Below, piece after piece: positions 53,444 to 64,000 of a stretch of 64,000 nucleotides of DNA (position 1 is its first letter; every line of letters starts with the position of its first letter). The translations under genes were made by a program, and so were the position numbers. This stretch comes from Squalus acanthias (taxonomy: Eukaryota). The stretch spans positions 105,154,001-105,218,000 of the forward strand of contig CM059432.1 in NCBI GenBank assembly GCA_030390025.1, in the 5' to 3' direction. A model generated the notes under the pieces. That model was not told where the DNA came from, did not search any database, and was given only the letters and a program-made list of their open reading frames with translations.

Positions 53444-56398
53444 TTCAAATAAAACTGTTGGACTATAACCTGGTGTTGTGCGACTTCTCACTTTTGTCCA
53501 CCCCAGTCCAACACCGGCATCTCCGCATCATAGCATGGACAGTTCACACAAATAATTCTCTTTCAGATGGTTGGAGGATATAGTCCTTACCAACTAGTCT
53601 ATGGGCACAATCCCAAATTACCTTCAGTTCTTTGATAATCCTCCTGCTCTAGAAGGTACTACAATTAGTGCCATTTTTGCCTGAGCATTTAAATGCTTTG
53701 CATGCAGGGAGACAGACTTTTATCAAGGCTGTGGTATCAGAGAAAATTCATAAGAGCACTGAGGCATCGTATTAGACCGTCTGAGGAGGTTTGGTATACT
53801 ATAAAAAAAGAGAGGATCTAAGGGAATGGAAAAGCTGTGGTAAGGTAATAGGTCGTGATGGTACAACAGTCCTTGTCAAACATGTTATGGTTCATTCCTC
53901 ATGATTAATTGGAATTAATTATAAAATCTCGGACTCTGATCAGTTGATAGAAGTAAACGAGGCACCTTGTGCCTCAAATGTTCATGATTTTTTTTAAATG
54001 AGGGTCCTGAGGAACAGAATGAAGTGGATCAAGGGCTGGACAGTGGTAATGTGAATGCTCATGACACACATAACAGACCTATCACATCCGCAGAATAATT
54101 ACCCAAAGTGGGTACACGGGTGACATATGTCCCAGAAGGGACTAATGAATGGAGAGATGCAACAAATTTGGGACGTGCAGGAAAAGCTACTGATAAGTTT
54201 AAATTTTGGTTGAATGTTCAGGATGATGGCCAAGAAGCGAGGTCCATGGACTGGCAGAATGGGGTGAAAGAGTGGGAAGTAAGAAAGCGCAGCACACGTA
54301 GTGATAGGGAGTCTGGAAGTGACTCTCACGTTAGAAACCGATCACGAACTGGAGAAAGAGCCTCCGATAGTGCAAGAGGGAGATCTCGCAGTAGTAGTCC
54401 CTGCAGACATAGAAGTGGAAGTAGAGGCCATAGCTTGAATAGATCAGACAATGAAACAAAGACCACAGAACAGTCACGCAACAGAACTAGAAGTAGAAGT
54501 CCTCGTGATTGTGAAGTTTTGGTGGCTGCCAATAAACTTGAGGGTAAACGAGTAAGAGAAGCAAAACAAAGGGAGTTAGATAGTTGGAAAGAATTTGGAG
54601 TTTATTCTGAGGTACCAGATAAGGGTCAACCAGCTTTGTCACATAGATGGGTTTGTGCTTAAAAAGTCCTTGCGGATAGGACTTATAAGGCTAAAGCAAG
54701 GTTGGTAGCCAGGGGTTTTGAAGAGAAACTGGGTGATACAGATGTTAGAGTGGACTCTCCCACTGCTGGAAAAGTAATCTTAAAAATCTTTTTGGCTCTT
54801 TTGGCCACATATTCATGTGAGTTTAAGTCAATTGACATAAAAACCACATTTCTGTAGGGCGATCATTTTCAGAGAGAAGTGTTTCTGAAGCCGCCTGAAG
54901 AGGCAGCAGATGCGAAAGGAAACTAAATGCGTCGATGGCCTGAATGATGATGCTTCCGGGGTATGGTATTTTTCGGTAATATCTGTTTTGCTGAAAATAG
55001 GTTGTGTTCAACTAAAATCAGATCCCGCAATGTTTTATTGGTATCATAAAAGGAAAACATTCAAGCATCTTCATGATGCATGTTGATGATTTCTTATGGG
55101 CTGGTACTGCGGAATTTGAGAAATTCGTCATTAAGATTAGAGTAGAATTTAAAATTGGGAGTGAGGCCTGTGGGGCTTTTAAATATATCGGTTTAGATAT
55201 TAAGCAAAGTGGGTCTGGTATAACTTTAAATCAACAGTCCTATTTAGAGAGCGTTACTCCCATCCCGGTTAATCGCACTAGGTCATCACAAAGAAAGGTG
55301 ATGTATATCTAAAGAAGAGACAGAGCAATTGCAAAACTTGATTGGTCAGTTGAACTGGTTGTGCACTCAGACTAGACCAGATAGTTGAGAATGTTTTAAG
55401 GGCAAATAAAACATTATGAAAATTAAATCTGGATAAATACGCACTTAAGTTCCCATCCTTAGGTGACCCAAAGAACATGAAGCTAGTTATCTTTAGCGAT
55501 GCTTCACATGCTGATCATCCTGATGGGTATTCTAGTGCAGCTGGTTTCAGTGTTTCTTGTGGGTGAGAATGGGAAATGTTGTCCTTTAGCTTGGGAAGCT
55601 AAGAAAATAAAAAGGGTTGTAAAAAGGACTCTGGCTGCTGAAACACTGGCTCTTGTGGAGGCAGTGGATATGGGATTCTATTTGGCAAATATCTTGAGTG
55701 ACATCCTGTACAATGGGAGTACTGAAGATAGTATACCCATTGAATGTTATATAGACAATCGTTCACTGTGGGGTAATGTACACTCTACAAAAAATGTGAG
55801 AGAGAAAAGGTTACGGATTGACCTTGCTGGCTTGAAACAAATGCTGGAGAGAAAGGAAATCTCTAAAATTAATTGGGTGGATTCAAGCCATCAACTATCG
55901 GATTGTTTTACTAAAAGAAGTATGTACAAAGCAATTATTAGGGGTCCTGGAGAAGGGTCATCTCACAATGTAATGCTTTGTACAAAGTATGAAGTCTTTA
56001 ATTTAATAAAAAATTTTGGTTGTAATATATAAAGTTTAATCTTTTTTATTTAAGAGAGAACAAAACCTGTTACAGTAATTGTTTTTAAATGGTATAGCAA
56101 TTGGGTGTTAATTGTATTCAGGCGGTGGGTATTAATTGGGAGTAGGCTGGGGAAGGGTTGCAAGCTTATCTTGGGGGTGCATCGTATGTAATTTTTATCC
56201 CAGTCAATAAAGGCTTTAGTATTCCTACTGGCTCTACTGGAAAGTAGGGAGAAAGGGAGCAATGTGCTTGCGTGCTTGTTGGCTCTCTGTATTGGGAGGG
56301 AGAGTGAGGGAGAACCACAACTACAACTTCTACAACTGGAAGAAAATAACATCTACTTGGAAGGAGGGAGACTACTACCAACTAAAGATCAACATAAG

Positions 56399-59132
56399 GT
56401 GGGTGTTGGTGCACTTTCTCCGTCTCTCACTTTTGTGCCAGGTGTGTTGGAGGAACTTGGGATGTTTTTTTTCCCCCGGTTTTGCCATACAGCCCGAGGC
56501 GGAGATGGCGCCCGAACTGCTGCTGTCCTCTGACCCAAGCTCCCCGGAGGAACCCAAGGAGGACTCCTCTGGCATCGATCCTGGGGGTGGGACCATGTCA
56601 GAGGTGGGATCAGTGTGTGGGTCGTCCGCTGGCGACGGCCTCCTGGAGGAGGATGGCGACTCGGTGGAGGGCACTGGGGACCAGTGAGGTGGTGGATGCT
56701 CTCATGCCCCCTACTGAGTCTACCCTCATCCCCTTTGAGGAGCTCCAGGAATTTCTGGTTGGTTGCCCGGGTCGTCGCAATAAAGTCCAGCTGGCCCTCG
56801 ACAGATGGTTGGAGCTGGCACTGCTCATCAGGTCCCTCCGCTCCGCTGCTAACACCCTGAGCGTAGGCAAGGGCGTGAGCCACCGCGAGCTGCGCCAGCT
56901 CAAGACATTCCTCACTGGGCTGCTGAGGGAGTGGAGGGGAACGAGAGACTCTGCTCCCTCCCCACAGTAGGTTAAGTAGAGGTTGCACTATGCTCTTGCC
57001 ATAACCAGCCTCAACATCAATGGCAGCAGAGAGGCGCGTTGCAGATTTTTTAAACTTCTCGCTCCTTCAGGATGGGAAGTATGCATGTGCTTCCTTCAGG
57101 AAACCCACACCGTTCTGGGAGATAAGGCTACGTGGCTCCTGGAATGGCAAAGAGGGGTCTGCATGAGCCACCTCACCACCACTTCTTGCGGAGTGGCTAT
57201 CTTGCTAGCCCCACATTTTTGGCCAGAGATCTTGAGGGTCAAGGAGCTTGTGCCAGGCCGCTTGCTCCATCTCGCTATTCACCTGGGGGACATACCGCTC
57301 CACTTAGTGAATGTGTCCGCTTCCCGTACCAGTGCACAGCAAGTGCGCTTCTTTGAAGAAGTGTCTGCTCTTATAGGCTCCATTGACGCCAGCGAGTGCA
57401 TTATCCTCGGGGAGGACTTCAACTGCATCCTTGGAGGTGAGGGACTGCTCCGGTGCCCCACGCAGCATGTCGGCGAACTGGCAAGAGCTGGAGGCCAAAG
57501 TCACCGCTCACCTAGGACGCTGGACCGGATTGCTCAGAGTGCTGTCCTACAGGGCTCGAGCGCTGGTCATAAATCAACTGGTGGCCGCTATGCTGTGGTA
57601 CCGGTTGGTCACTTGATCCCTACCCTTGAATTTATTGCCTAGATGCAGAAGAAGCTCATTGACTTCTTCTGGGACAAAAGGAAGCATTGGGTCTCTGCTG
57701 CGGTTCTGAGTCACCCACTTAGGGAGTGCGGTCAGGCGATGGTGAGCCTTCGCACCCAGGCTGCGACTTTCCATCTTCAGATCCTGCAGAGATACTGTAT
57801 GTTGAGCATCCTCCCAGATGGTGTGTGCTGGTGACTTATTTCTTCCGCCAGCTGCACGGCCTCAATTATGACACGCAGCACCTGTTTATAAAACTGAGGT
57901 GTAGCCATGCCTCCTTGTAGGAGCTGCCAGTCTTTTACCAGGAACTGATCAGGATCTGGAACATTGACGACTCCAGCCGGAGTTCTCCCCCGTCAGGAGT
58001 GGTGGCTATCCTCCGGGAGCCGCACCTCCACAACTGCGGTTTCAGGTGGCTGACGGAGGGGAGGGCCCTGGCTGGCAAGGCGACCAGAGTCAGGGACATG
58101 CTGGATGTCGGCGGAGGAGCTGGCACAGCGCATGTCTGGTACGGCATCCAGTCCGTGGCGAAAGCCATCGAGACGCTAAAAGAGGCACTCGGCCCTGCCA
58201 CCACTAGGTGTATCAAGGAGGCTCAAGCATGTGGAGCGATCCCGTCCGCGCTGAGCCCCGTTCGGACGGAATTTCTCATCGGTGCCAGGCCCCGAAACCT
58301 CCCTCGGGAGCCGGCGCCTCACAGCTTGAGCCGCTTCTCGGAGATCCCTTCTATGCCTTTCCACTCTGCACGGAGGGGTTTTCTGTACGAGTTGCTCTTG
58401 CACACTCTCCACTTTGTCTTCTTTGTCAGCTGTCCGGACATGCCTTGGCGAACCAGCTTGCCATCCAGAGGAAGCGAGGGTCCCTACTGGAGGGCTCTCT
58501 ACTCGGGAGTCCTGCCCTTTATCTATTGGGGACTTGACGTGGGGGTGTTGCATAGAGCAGTCACATGCAACAAATTTTTAAGTAGGTTCACGGACTCCCA
58601 GGCCACCTGAAATTTCTGCGGCTGGCTTACTCCTGTTATTATGTTCCTCCAATCAGCCCCTCGAGCCTGCTCCGCCACTCAATGAGATCATGGCTGTGTG
58701 TGAGAGGTTGTAGCCCCTCTTCCAATTTTTGAAGGGGCTGCTCCTCAATTTTTGGCCGCATTTCAGTCCCACGCTCCTGATCTTTAGTCACCCGGTGCGG
58801 AGGGGAGCGGGCAGATCGGAGGACCTCCTTGTTGGACTGCTCCTGGGCCTGGCCAAGGTGGCCATCAGCAGGTCCAGGCAGCGGGCGGTCGAGGGGGTTG
58901 TTCGGCCCGACTGCCTGCCTCTCTTCCATAGCTATGTTTGCGCCGGGTGATGGAGCATGCGGTGTCCACCAGTACGCTTGAGGTCTTCCGCGACCGGTGG
59001 GACTGGAGTGCCTCATCACCCCTGAAAACAATATTCTGATTTGATTTGATTGAAGTTTCATTTAAATTCGGTTTAATTTAAGGTTTATTGGTTGTGCCCC
59101 GTTAAAAGGGAGCACTTGCTTCCTTTTTTTTT
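56399..59132 (+). mobile_element. Tx1/L1-clade LINE (ORF1 end, EN, RT deleted, C-terminal region) inserted in Copia 3' LTR
   Basis: ORF 56983: SLNINGSR, FLQETH, GVAILL, IILGEDFN. It jumps at ~57470 to post-RT LSYRARALVINQL, QKKLIDFFW, LHRAV, and a C..C..C remnant. ORF1 tail at 56615-56970. Confidence 0.85.
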
Positions 59133-59249
59133 TAATTGGTGATGGCACCAGCCATCAGTCACTGAAATCAACCTATAAAAGGTGTAAGCAACTGAAGACT
59201 GGGCTCTTGTACTCAACCTTCACCACCTGGCTATCCGACTTGTGCATTT

Positions 59250-59670
59250 ATACCCTACTAGTTACACCCTCAAAAAACTAATAGATTTATCAAACACTAC
59301 TTCCCTTTTATAAAACAGTATTGACTCTGCCTAATCATATTGTGATTTTCCAAGCGCCCTGTTACCACATCCCTAATAACAGATTCTGGCATTTTCCCTA
59401 CTTCTAATGTCAGGCTAACTGGCCTGTAGTTCCCCCTTTTCTCTCTTTCTCCTTTCTTGAACAGCAGGGTTACATTTGCTACCTCCCAATCCATGGGACC
59501 ATTCTAGAATCTAGGGAATTCTGGAAGATCAAAACCGATGCATCCACCATCACTGCAGCCACCTCTTTTAAAACCCTAGGATGTAGGCCATCAGGTCCAG
59601 GGGATTTATTGGCTTTTAGTCCCATTAATTTCTCCACTTATATTAATTACTTTAAGTTCCTCACTCTGGT
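59250..59670 (-). mobile_element. CR1 RT N-terminal fragment
   Basis: ORF 59297-59494 DWEVANVTLLFKKGEREKRGNYRPVSLT. Confidence 0.88.
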
Positions 59671-60902
59671 GACAAACACATGAAAAAAAAATTATAGAAG
59701 CAATCTGTTCCTGAGCACTTTAGAGCCTGCTGGTATGGTTCTGAAATGGCCGCCTGTCAGACACTGCAATCATTAACTGAACATACAAAACATATCGACT
59801 TTCTGGTCCTTCAAGTAGACTTGTAAATTGGACCCGCTTTGGATGCGGCAAAGATACAATAAAATACAGGCATATCTGCTGATCCTGTACTTGTAGAGCA
59901 CCTATCAGCATCTGTTTGAATTATGTTTACAATTATCACTATTAAAAAAAGGCAATATGATTAATATGACCTTATAATACCGATTATTGTTACATCAATA
60001 CCTGACACCCTCTGTTTGGAAATAGCACAACTCTTTTGCTGGCAGATGTAGATTTACTAGCCTTATTAATCAACAGGTGATAGGCTTTTTGCAGTTTCAT
60101 TTTGCAAAGTAAACCAATCAAACGGAGTCAGAGCCCTGCGGATTTTGTATGGCAAAATTCAGTGCTTTGGCAGGACCAATCATTCAGAACAAAATTAGAC
60201 CTGTAACACAATCAATCTTGCTACCATCTAATAAATCAAATCAGTTTATGCCCCCTGCTTCTGTAACTGCATATGAAATGAAAAAGATGGCGGTGGAGGG
60301 GGGGGGGGCGGGGGAAGGCTGGTACAAAGCTCTGATGGAACACACTTAAAATTAATTCTAAGTGATGATAGAAACATTGATGAAAGGATACATTGTTATC
60401 AAGTAGATTTTTCTGGACTGTTATTTTTACATTACATATGAACTCTGTTAGATAGTGGTAACGTAGCACACAACTCCTTACACCCAATTCCGGAAATGAT
60501 GTGTATCATATATAACTACACTATTTGAAATTGGGTTTGCGCACACACACACAGAACATTCATAAAACAAGTACAAGTACAGTATATTGAAGAATTCCCC
60601 GTCACCTAAAACAATTTATACTCTACATTACACAGCATTGCTGTTTCTTTTCCCAAAGGACCTTCTCCTCAGGGTTTGTACCAGTTTAGTGAATTCAGTT
60701 GAAACAAAATTCTCCCCACACGATGGTCGTTAAATTTGCACTACTTTCTAGCCCACAATAAAATGTTCTCTCTTCTCTGGGCATTATCCCGACAGTAATC
60801 TTACAAAATTAGTGGCTGCAAATTATTTTCATACAAATGGTACAGACTTTAACACATAATGTATACCATTTAGGAGGATCATGATCAATCTTTTAACCTA
60901 GT

Positions 60903-61920
60903 GGCCTGGAATTTCGATTGCGCCCAAAAATGAGCGCATGAGAGGTGGGGCGCGCACTAGACACTTGTTATTGTTGCTGCCAGACAGCACGTAATATTCG
61001 TATTGCCTGCTAATTATCATGCCTCAGGTGTGGAGCTAGCACTATTCATTCGCTGCACGCCTGTTTTAGGGGCCGAATTTCAGCCATCTCTGATGCCACT
61101 TAAAGGCAGCCAGCACCACTTAAAGGGATGGTGCACTCTGGCTTCTGACACTAGGAAAAAACTTCTCAATACAGAAATGGCTGCACGGAGAGGGCACCAA
61201 AGTTCTCTGATGCTGCCTTGGAGGTCCATGTGCAAGCAGTGGACAGGAGGAGGGAGATCCTCTTATCCATTGGGGGCAGGAAGCCCTCCAGGAAACAACA
61301 CTGTCACCAGTGGGAAGACATCGCTGAAGAGGTCAGTGCCAGGAGCTTAGCTCAAAGCACATGGCTGCAATGCTGAAAGAAGTTCAATGACCTCACCAGA
61401 GTTGTCAAGATAAGAATACTGATCTCTTACTCTCTGCTCACACCTCCAGCCTCACCCCTTCCTCCACCTCCCTTCACACTCCTATAATCACTGCACCACA
61501 TCTCACTACACCTTCTTCTCATCCTACTCACACGCTCAACCGCTAATCACATTTGGGACTGTTTAATGTTACTTTTTTCCCCCAAAGGCTGAAAACTGCA
61601 TTGTTTAACTGCATTTTAATTTGTATTAGTTCTGAGTGCATGGCCCCTTTAATTCATAGCCCAATTCCTTGCGAGCTCCACAGCCTCACTCCCAGAGGCT
61701 GTGCAAAGCTTGAACGCCGACTGTGGACGGGAACTTTGCCTCAGAGGTCTCCATTAATGCCACCAGGAGGCCATTGCACAGAAGATTAGCGCTGCACCAC
61801 CAATCTCCAGCCCCCCAGACGAATTTATTCTCCTTAGTGTTGCGGCCATTTTCAGCAGCCATTAACTCCAGTTGCCGGTGACACCGGCACCTTTCGTGGT
61901 GAATACGAATTTCTAGGCCC
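60903..61920 (+). mobile_element. Harbinger derivative with Myb/SANT-like domain remnant
   Basis: TIRs GGCCTGGAATTTCG...CGAATTTCTAGGCC. 61190-61410 encodes RAPKFSDAALEV..WEDIAEEVSARS..TWLQC*KKFNDLTRVVK. Confidence 0.8.
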
Positions 61921-61924
61921 ATAG

Positions 61925-62205
61925 CCCTTAATACGCGTAACTAACAAAAATCTTATCACTCAATTTTGAAATTTTCAATTGACCCCCAGCCTCAACAGCT
62001 TTTTGGGGCAGAGAATTCTAGATTTCCACTACACTTTGTGTGAAGAAGTGCTTCCTGTCATCAACCCCAAACTGTCTAACTCTAATTTGAAAGCACTGCC
62101 CCCTTGTTCCAGACTCCCCCCACCAGAGGAAATAGTTTCTCTCTATCTACCCTATCAAATCCTTCAATCATCTTAAACACATCAATTAGATCATCCTTTA
62201 ATCTT
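61925..62205 (-). mobile_element. Degraded CR1 3' fragment
   Basis: GCAGAGAATTCTAGATTTCCACTAC..GTGAAGAAGTGCTTCCT..CTATCTACCCTATC. Confidence 0.75.
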
Positions 62206-62713
62206 ATTTTTTTCCCCTATTCCCATAAATTGTGCAATTAACAGGAATAGGGAAAAAATCATTTACATTCTCTGAACCATACCTTACCATAAATAGATTT
62301 GCTCTTAAAGGAACATTTCCAGATACAGTCTAGTTCTCAATTCAGTTATTTAATTCAAATCATATGATAATTGAAATTATTTAAAAACAAATTTCCCACT
62401 TTGCTGTGCTATATTTTTAAAATTTAAATTAGAGAATAATTTGAATTTCTAAGCACAAAATTGACAATATCTCTTAGCAGAATATTTTGTAGATTGCAGT
62501 TAGTTATGACTGTTTCAGATACCATCCTTATTGTCAAGCTGATGCAGCGTGAAACAAATGGTGATGTCGAAGCCATGCTTATCTTTTTTCCCCTCCCCTA
62601 ATCAAAAATGACAACATTTAACAGGCAGAACTTCACAATGAAAAATTTCTATTCTCAGACTTTCTGAAGTGGAAAGATCTCTTAAGTTCAGAACACTAAT
62701 AATGTTGCTGCTA

Positions 62714-62880
62714 TGGGCAAAACTTTCAACTTCAGTAGGAGCGCAAAACAGGCGATATCGGATTGGCTGCCCATTAAACACCCCGCCTGATTTTTCATTT
62801 CCATTTAAGGAAAAATCGGGCGGGGTGTATAATGGGTGGTTGATCCAACACAGACAGTTTTCCGCCCACACCAAAGTTCT
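62714..62880. repeat. Short palindromic MITE-like remnant
   Basis: ACACCCCGCCTGATTTTT...AAAAATCGGGCGGGGTGT hairpin. Confidence 0.55.
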
Positions 62881-63932
62881 AACATATGTGTCAATCCATT
62901 CACCAGCTTCGTCCGTGACCTCACATATGTATTCAGTCACCAGAGACTATCAAAAATAACACTGACCAACGTGTAATGTATTCACAATACTCGTAAACTG
63001 AACCTGATTCTAATGTGCAAAGGAATAGTGCAAATTAAATGATTCTTCCAGAAATCAAGAATTAATTTAAAGAGTTTGTGACTGAATGGTATTGTACTTT
63101 TCCATTGCGCCAAAGTAACCTTTACTCAATTGTAATTTGAAGTCACATTTGACTAAGCTATCTACAGAAGTGTACTTTTGATTAAAAATAATACATCTAT
63201 AGATCATTCAGTCAAATGCATGACTTGCAAATGCATTAGAGGCAAGTACATTTACCTGTATTGTGTACAAGGCCTTTTCTACTAATATTAGTGTATGTGG
63301 CTAAAATGGTATCACCATAACAATGCCTGTGGCTAGTCAGCAATTTTTAGTGGACAACACTGCTTTAGAAGAGTTTACACAAGTTATTAATTTCGCTGGC
63401 TGGCTGAAAACCATGGTTGCTACATGAAGTCCATCAATTATGTACTTGTAAGTAATAAATATGATTACTTCCAATGTAGTAACCAACCATTGAAGGCTTA
63501 ACAACTTTGTCGTTCCTCCCTTTAGAAACAGTGATTATGTTATATTATTAGATGAATTGTGATCAGATGGAGAAGGAAGCAGGTGTGGCTAGATGTAATT
63601 AAAAGCTAAATGGTTCATTAAAAATGAGTATTAATAATATAATGGCGCAAGTACTGTTTCTAAAAATAGCATGAATGTGTCTCATTCATGTACAACTTCA
63701 TGCAACTTTCATTTAGCATGTTCTAGCAACGGAGCTCATTAAGTAAAGGTTTCGAAACCTGCTGCTTCCACAAACCTTAATCTGCTTTCTCATAGAAAAA
63801 TACCTTCTCAGATTAAATATTGGGTAAATTTTCTTTCTGTCCCTCCCCAAAATTGAAACAGATCATACAAGTCCTTGGCTGGTTATCTTCACTCGCAAAA
63901 TATTTAAACTGCCCTAGTTACGCAGGAAACAT

Positions 63933-64000
63933 TGGCCCGTATTTTCCGATGCCTACGGGTGTGTACGCACTGTGTACACACCCATAGGGACATCAGAAAT
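63933..64000. mobile_element. Left end of a MITE of the 26355-26985 family (runs off window)
   Basis: CCTACGGGTG.GTACGC.CTGTGTACACACCC.TAGGGACATC.GAAAT matches 26374-26423. Confidence 0.85.

Larger units (their letters stand above)
52655..53530. mobile_element. Penelope-like element remnant with inverted pseudo-LTRs
   Basis: Arms ~52649-52993 and ~53156-53500 are reverse complements. The spacer encodes (-) KIIEQKLIAKFRTHEDGLNRDLRFMSRY (GIY-YIG endonuclease C-terminus). Flanking duplication TAGCATGGACA; removal restores integrase TALAWTVH. Confidence 0.88.
49638..59246 (+). mobile_element. Decayed Ty1/Copia LTR retrotransposon (GalEa-like), with three nested insertions
   Basis: 5' LTR remnant 49638-49695 matches 59189-59246. 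PBS at 49696. gag from ATG 49787 with a CCHC remnant (..YHYAVNCP). Protease AVLDRACTSTVCG. Integrase LHKQFA..CEIC, TDNGEF, SNGLCERNH. RT KARLVARGFEE, HVDDFL. RNase H SDASHA, AAETLALVEA, QLSDCFTK. Order PR-IN-RT-RH. Purine tract 56052-67, then 3' LTR TG at 56068. Confidence 0.92.

Noticed and set aside
56375..56988. 199-aa and other minus-strand ORFs
   Set aside because: Antisense to the Tx1 ORF1 remnant.
59780..63520. Several small minus-strand AG...GT segments (e.g. 62872-62946 SLVTEYICEVTDEAGEWIDTYVRTL, 62523-62597, 62288-62329, 59787-59901)
   Set aside because: I could not recognise any protein or choose a single consistent frame, and chance occurrence cannot be excluded without blastx or RNA-seq.

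Overview
AT-rich, repeat-dense vertebrate genomic DNA. The repeat families (HE1-like V-SINE, SacSINE1-like DeuSINE, HER1/CR1, L2, abundant GGG...CCC Harbinger MITEs) point to a shark or other cartilaginous fish; this is an inference from recognition, and no search was run. Host-gene content is small: a divergent histone H2A reading frame at the left edge, followed 158 bp later by an SLC22A15-like first coding exon whose later exons I could not find, plus tentative terminal exons and 3'UTR of an unidentified minus-strand gene (~21-33 kb). The rest is heavily nested, mostly decayed transposons. Highlights: (1) a LINE whose EN-RT ORF is capped by a tRNA-derived SINE head and shares its tail with an ORF-less SINE elsewhere in the window; (2) a decayed Copia LTR retrotransposon (49.6-59.2 kb) that hosts a Harbinger MITE, a Tx1 LINE and a Penelope-derived ~850-bp fold-back carrying two opposed hammerhead ribozymes; (3) self-nested hAT MITEs, twin MITEs in a CR1 microsatellite tail, and a solo LTR with a CTCF-like site. 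No CRISPR, rRNA or genuine tRNA genes were seen.
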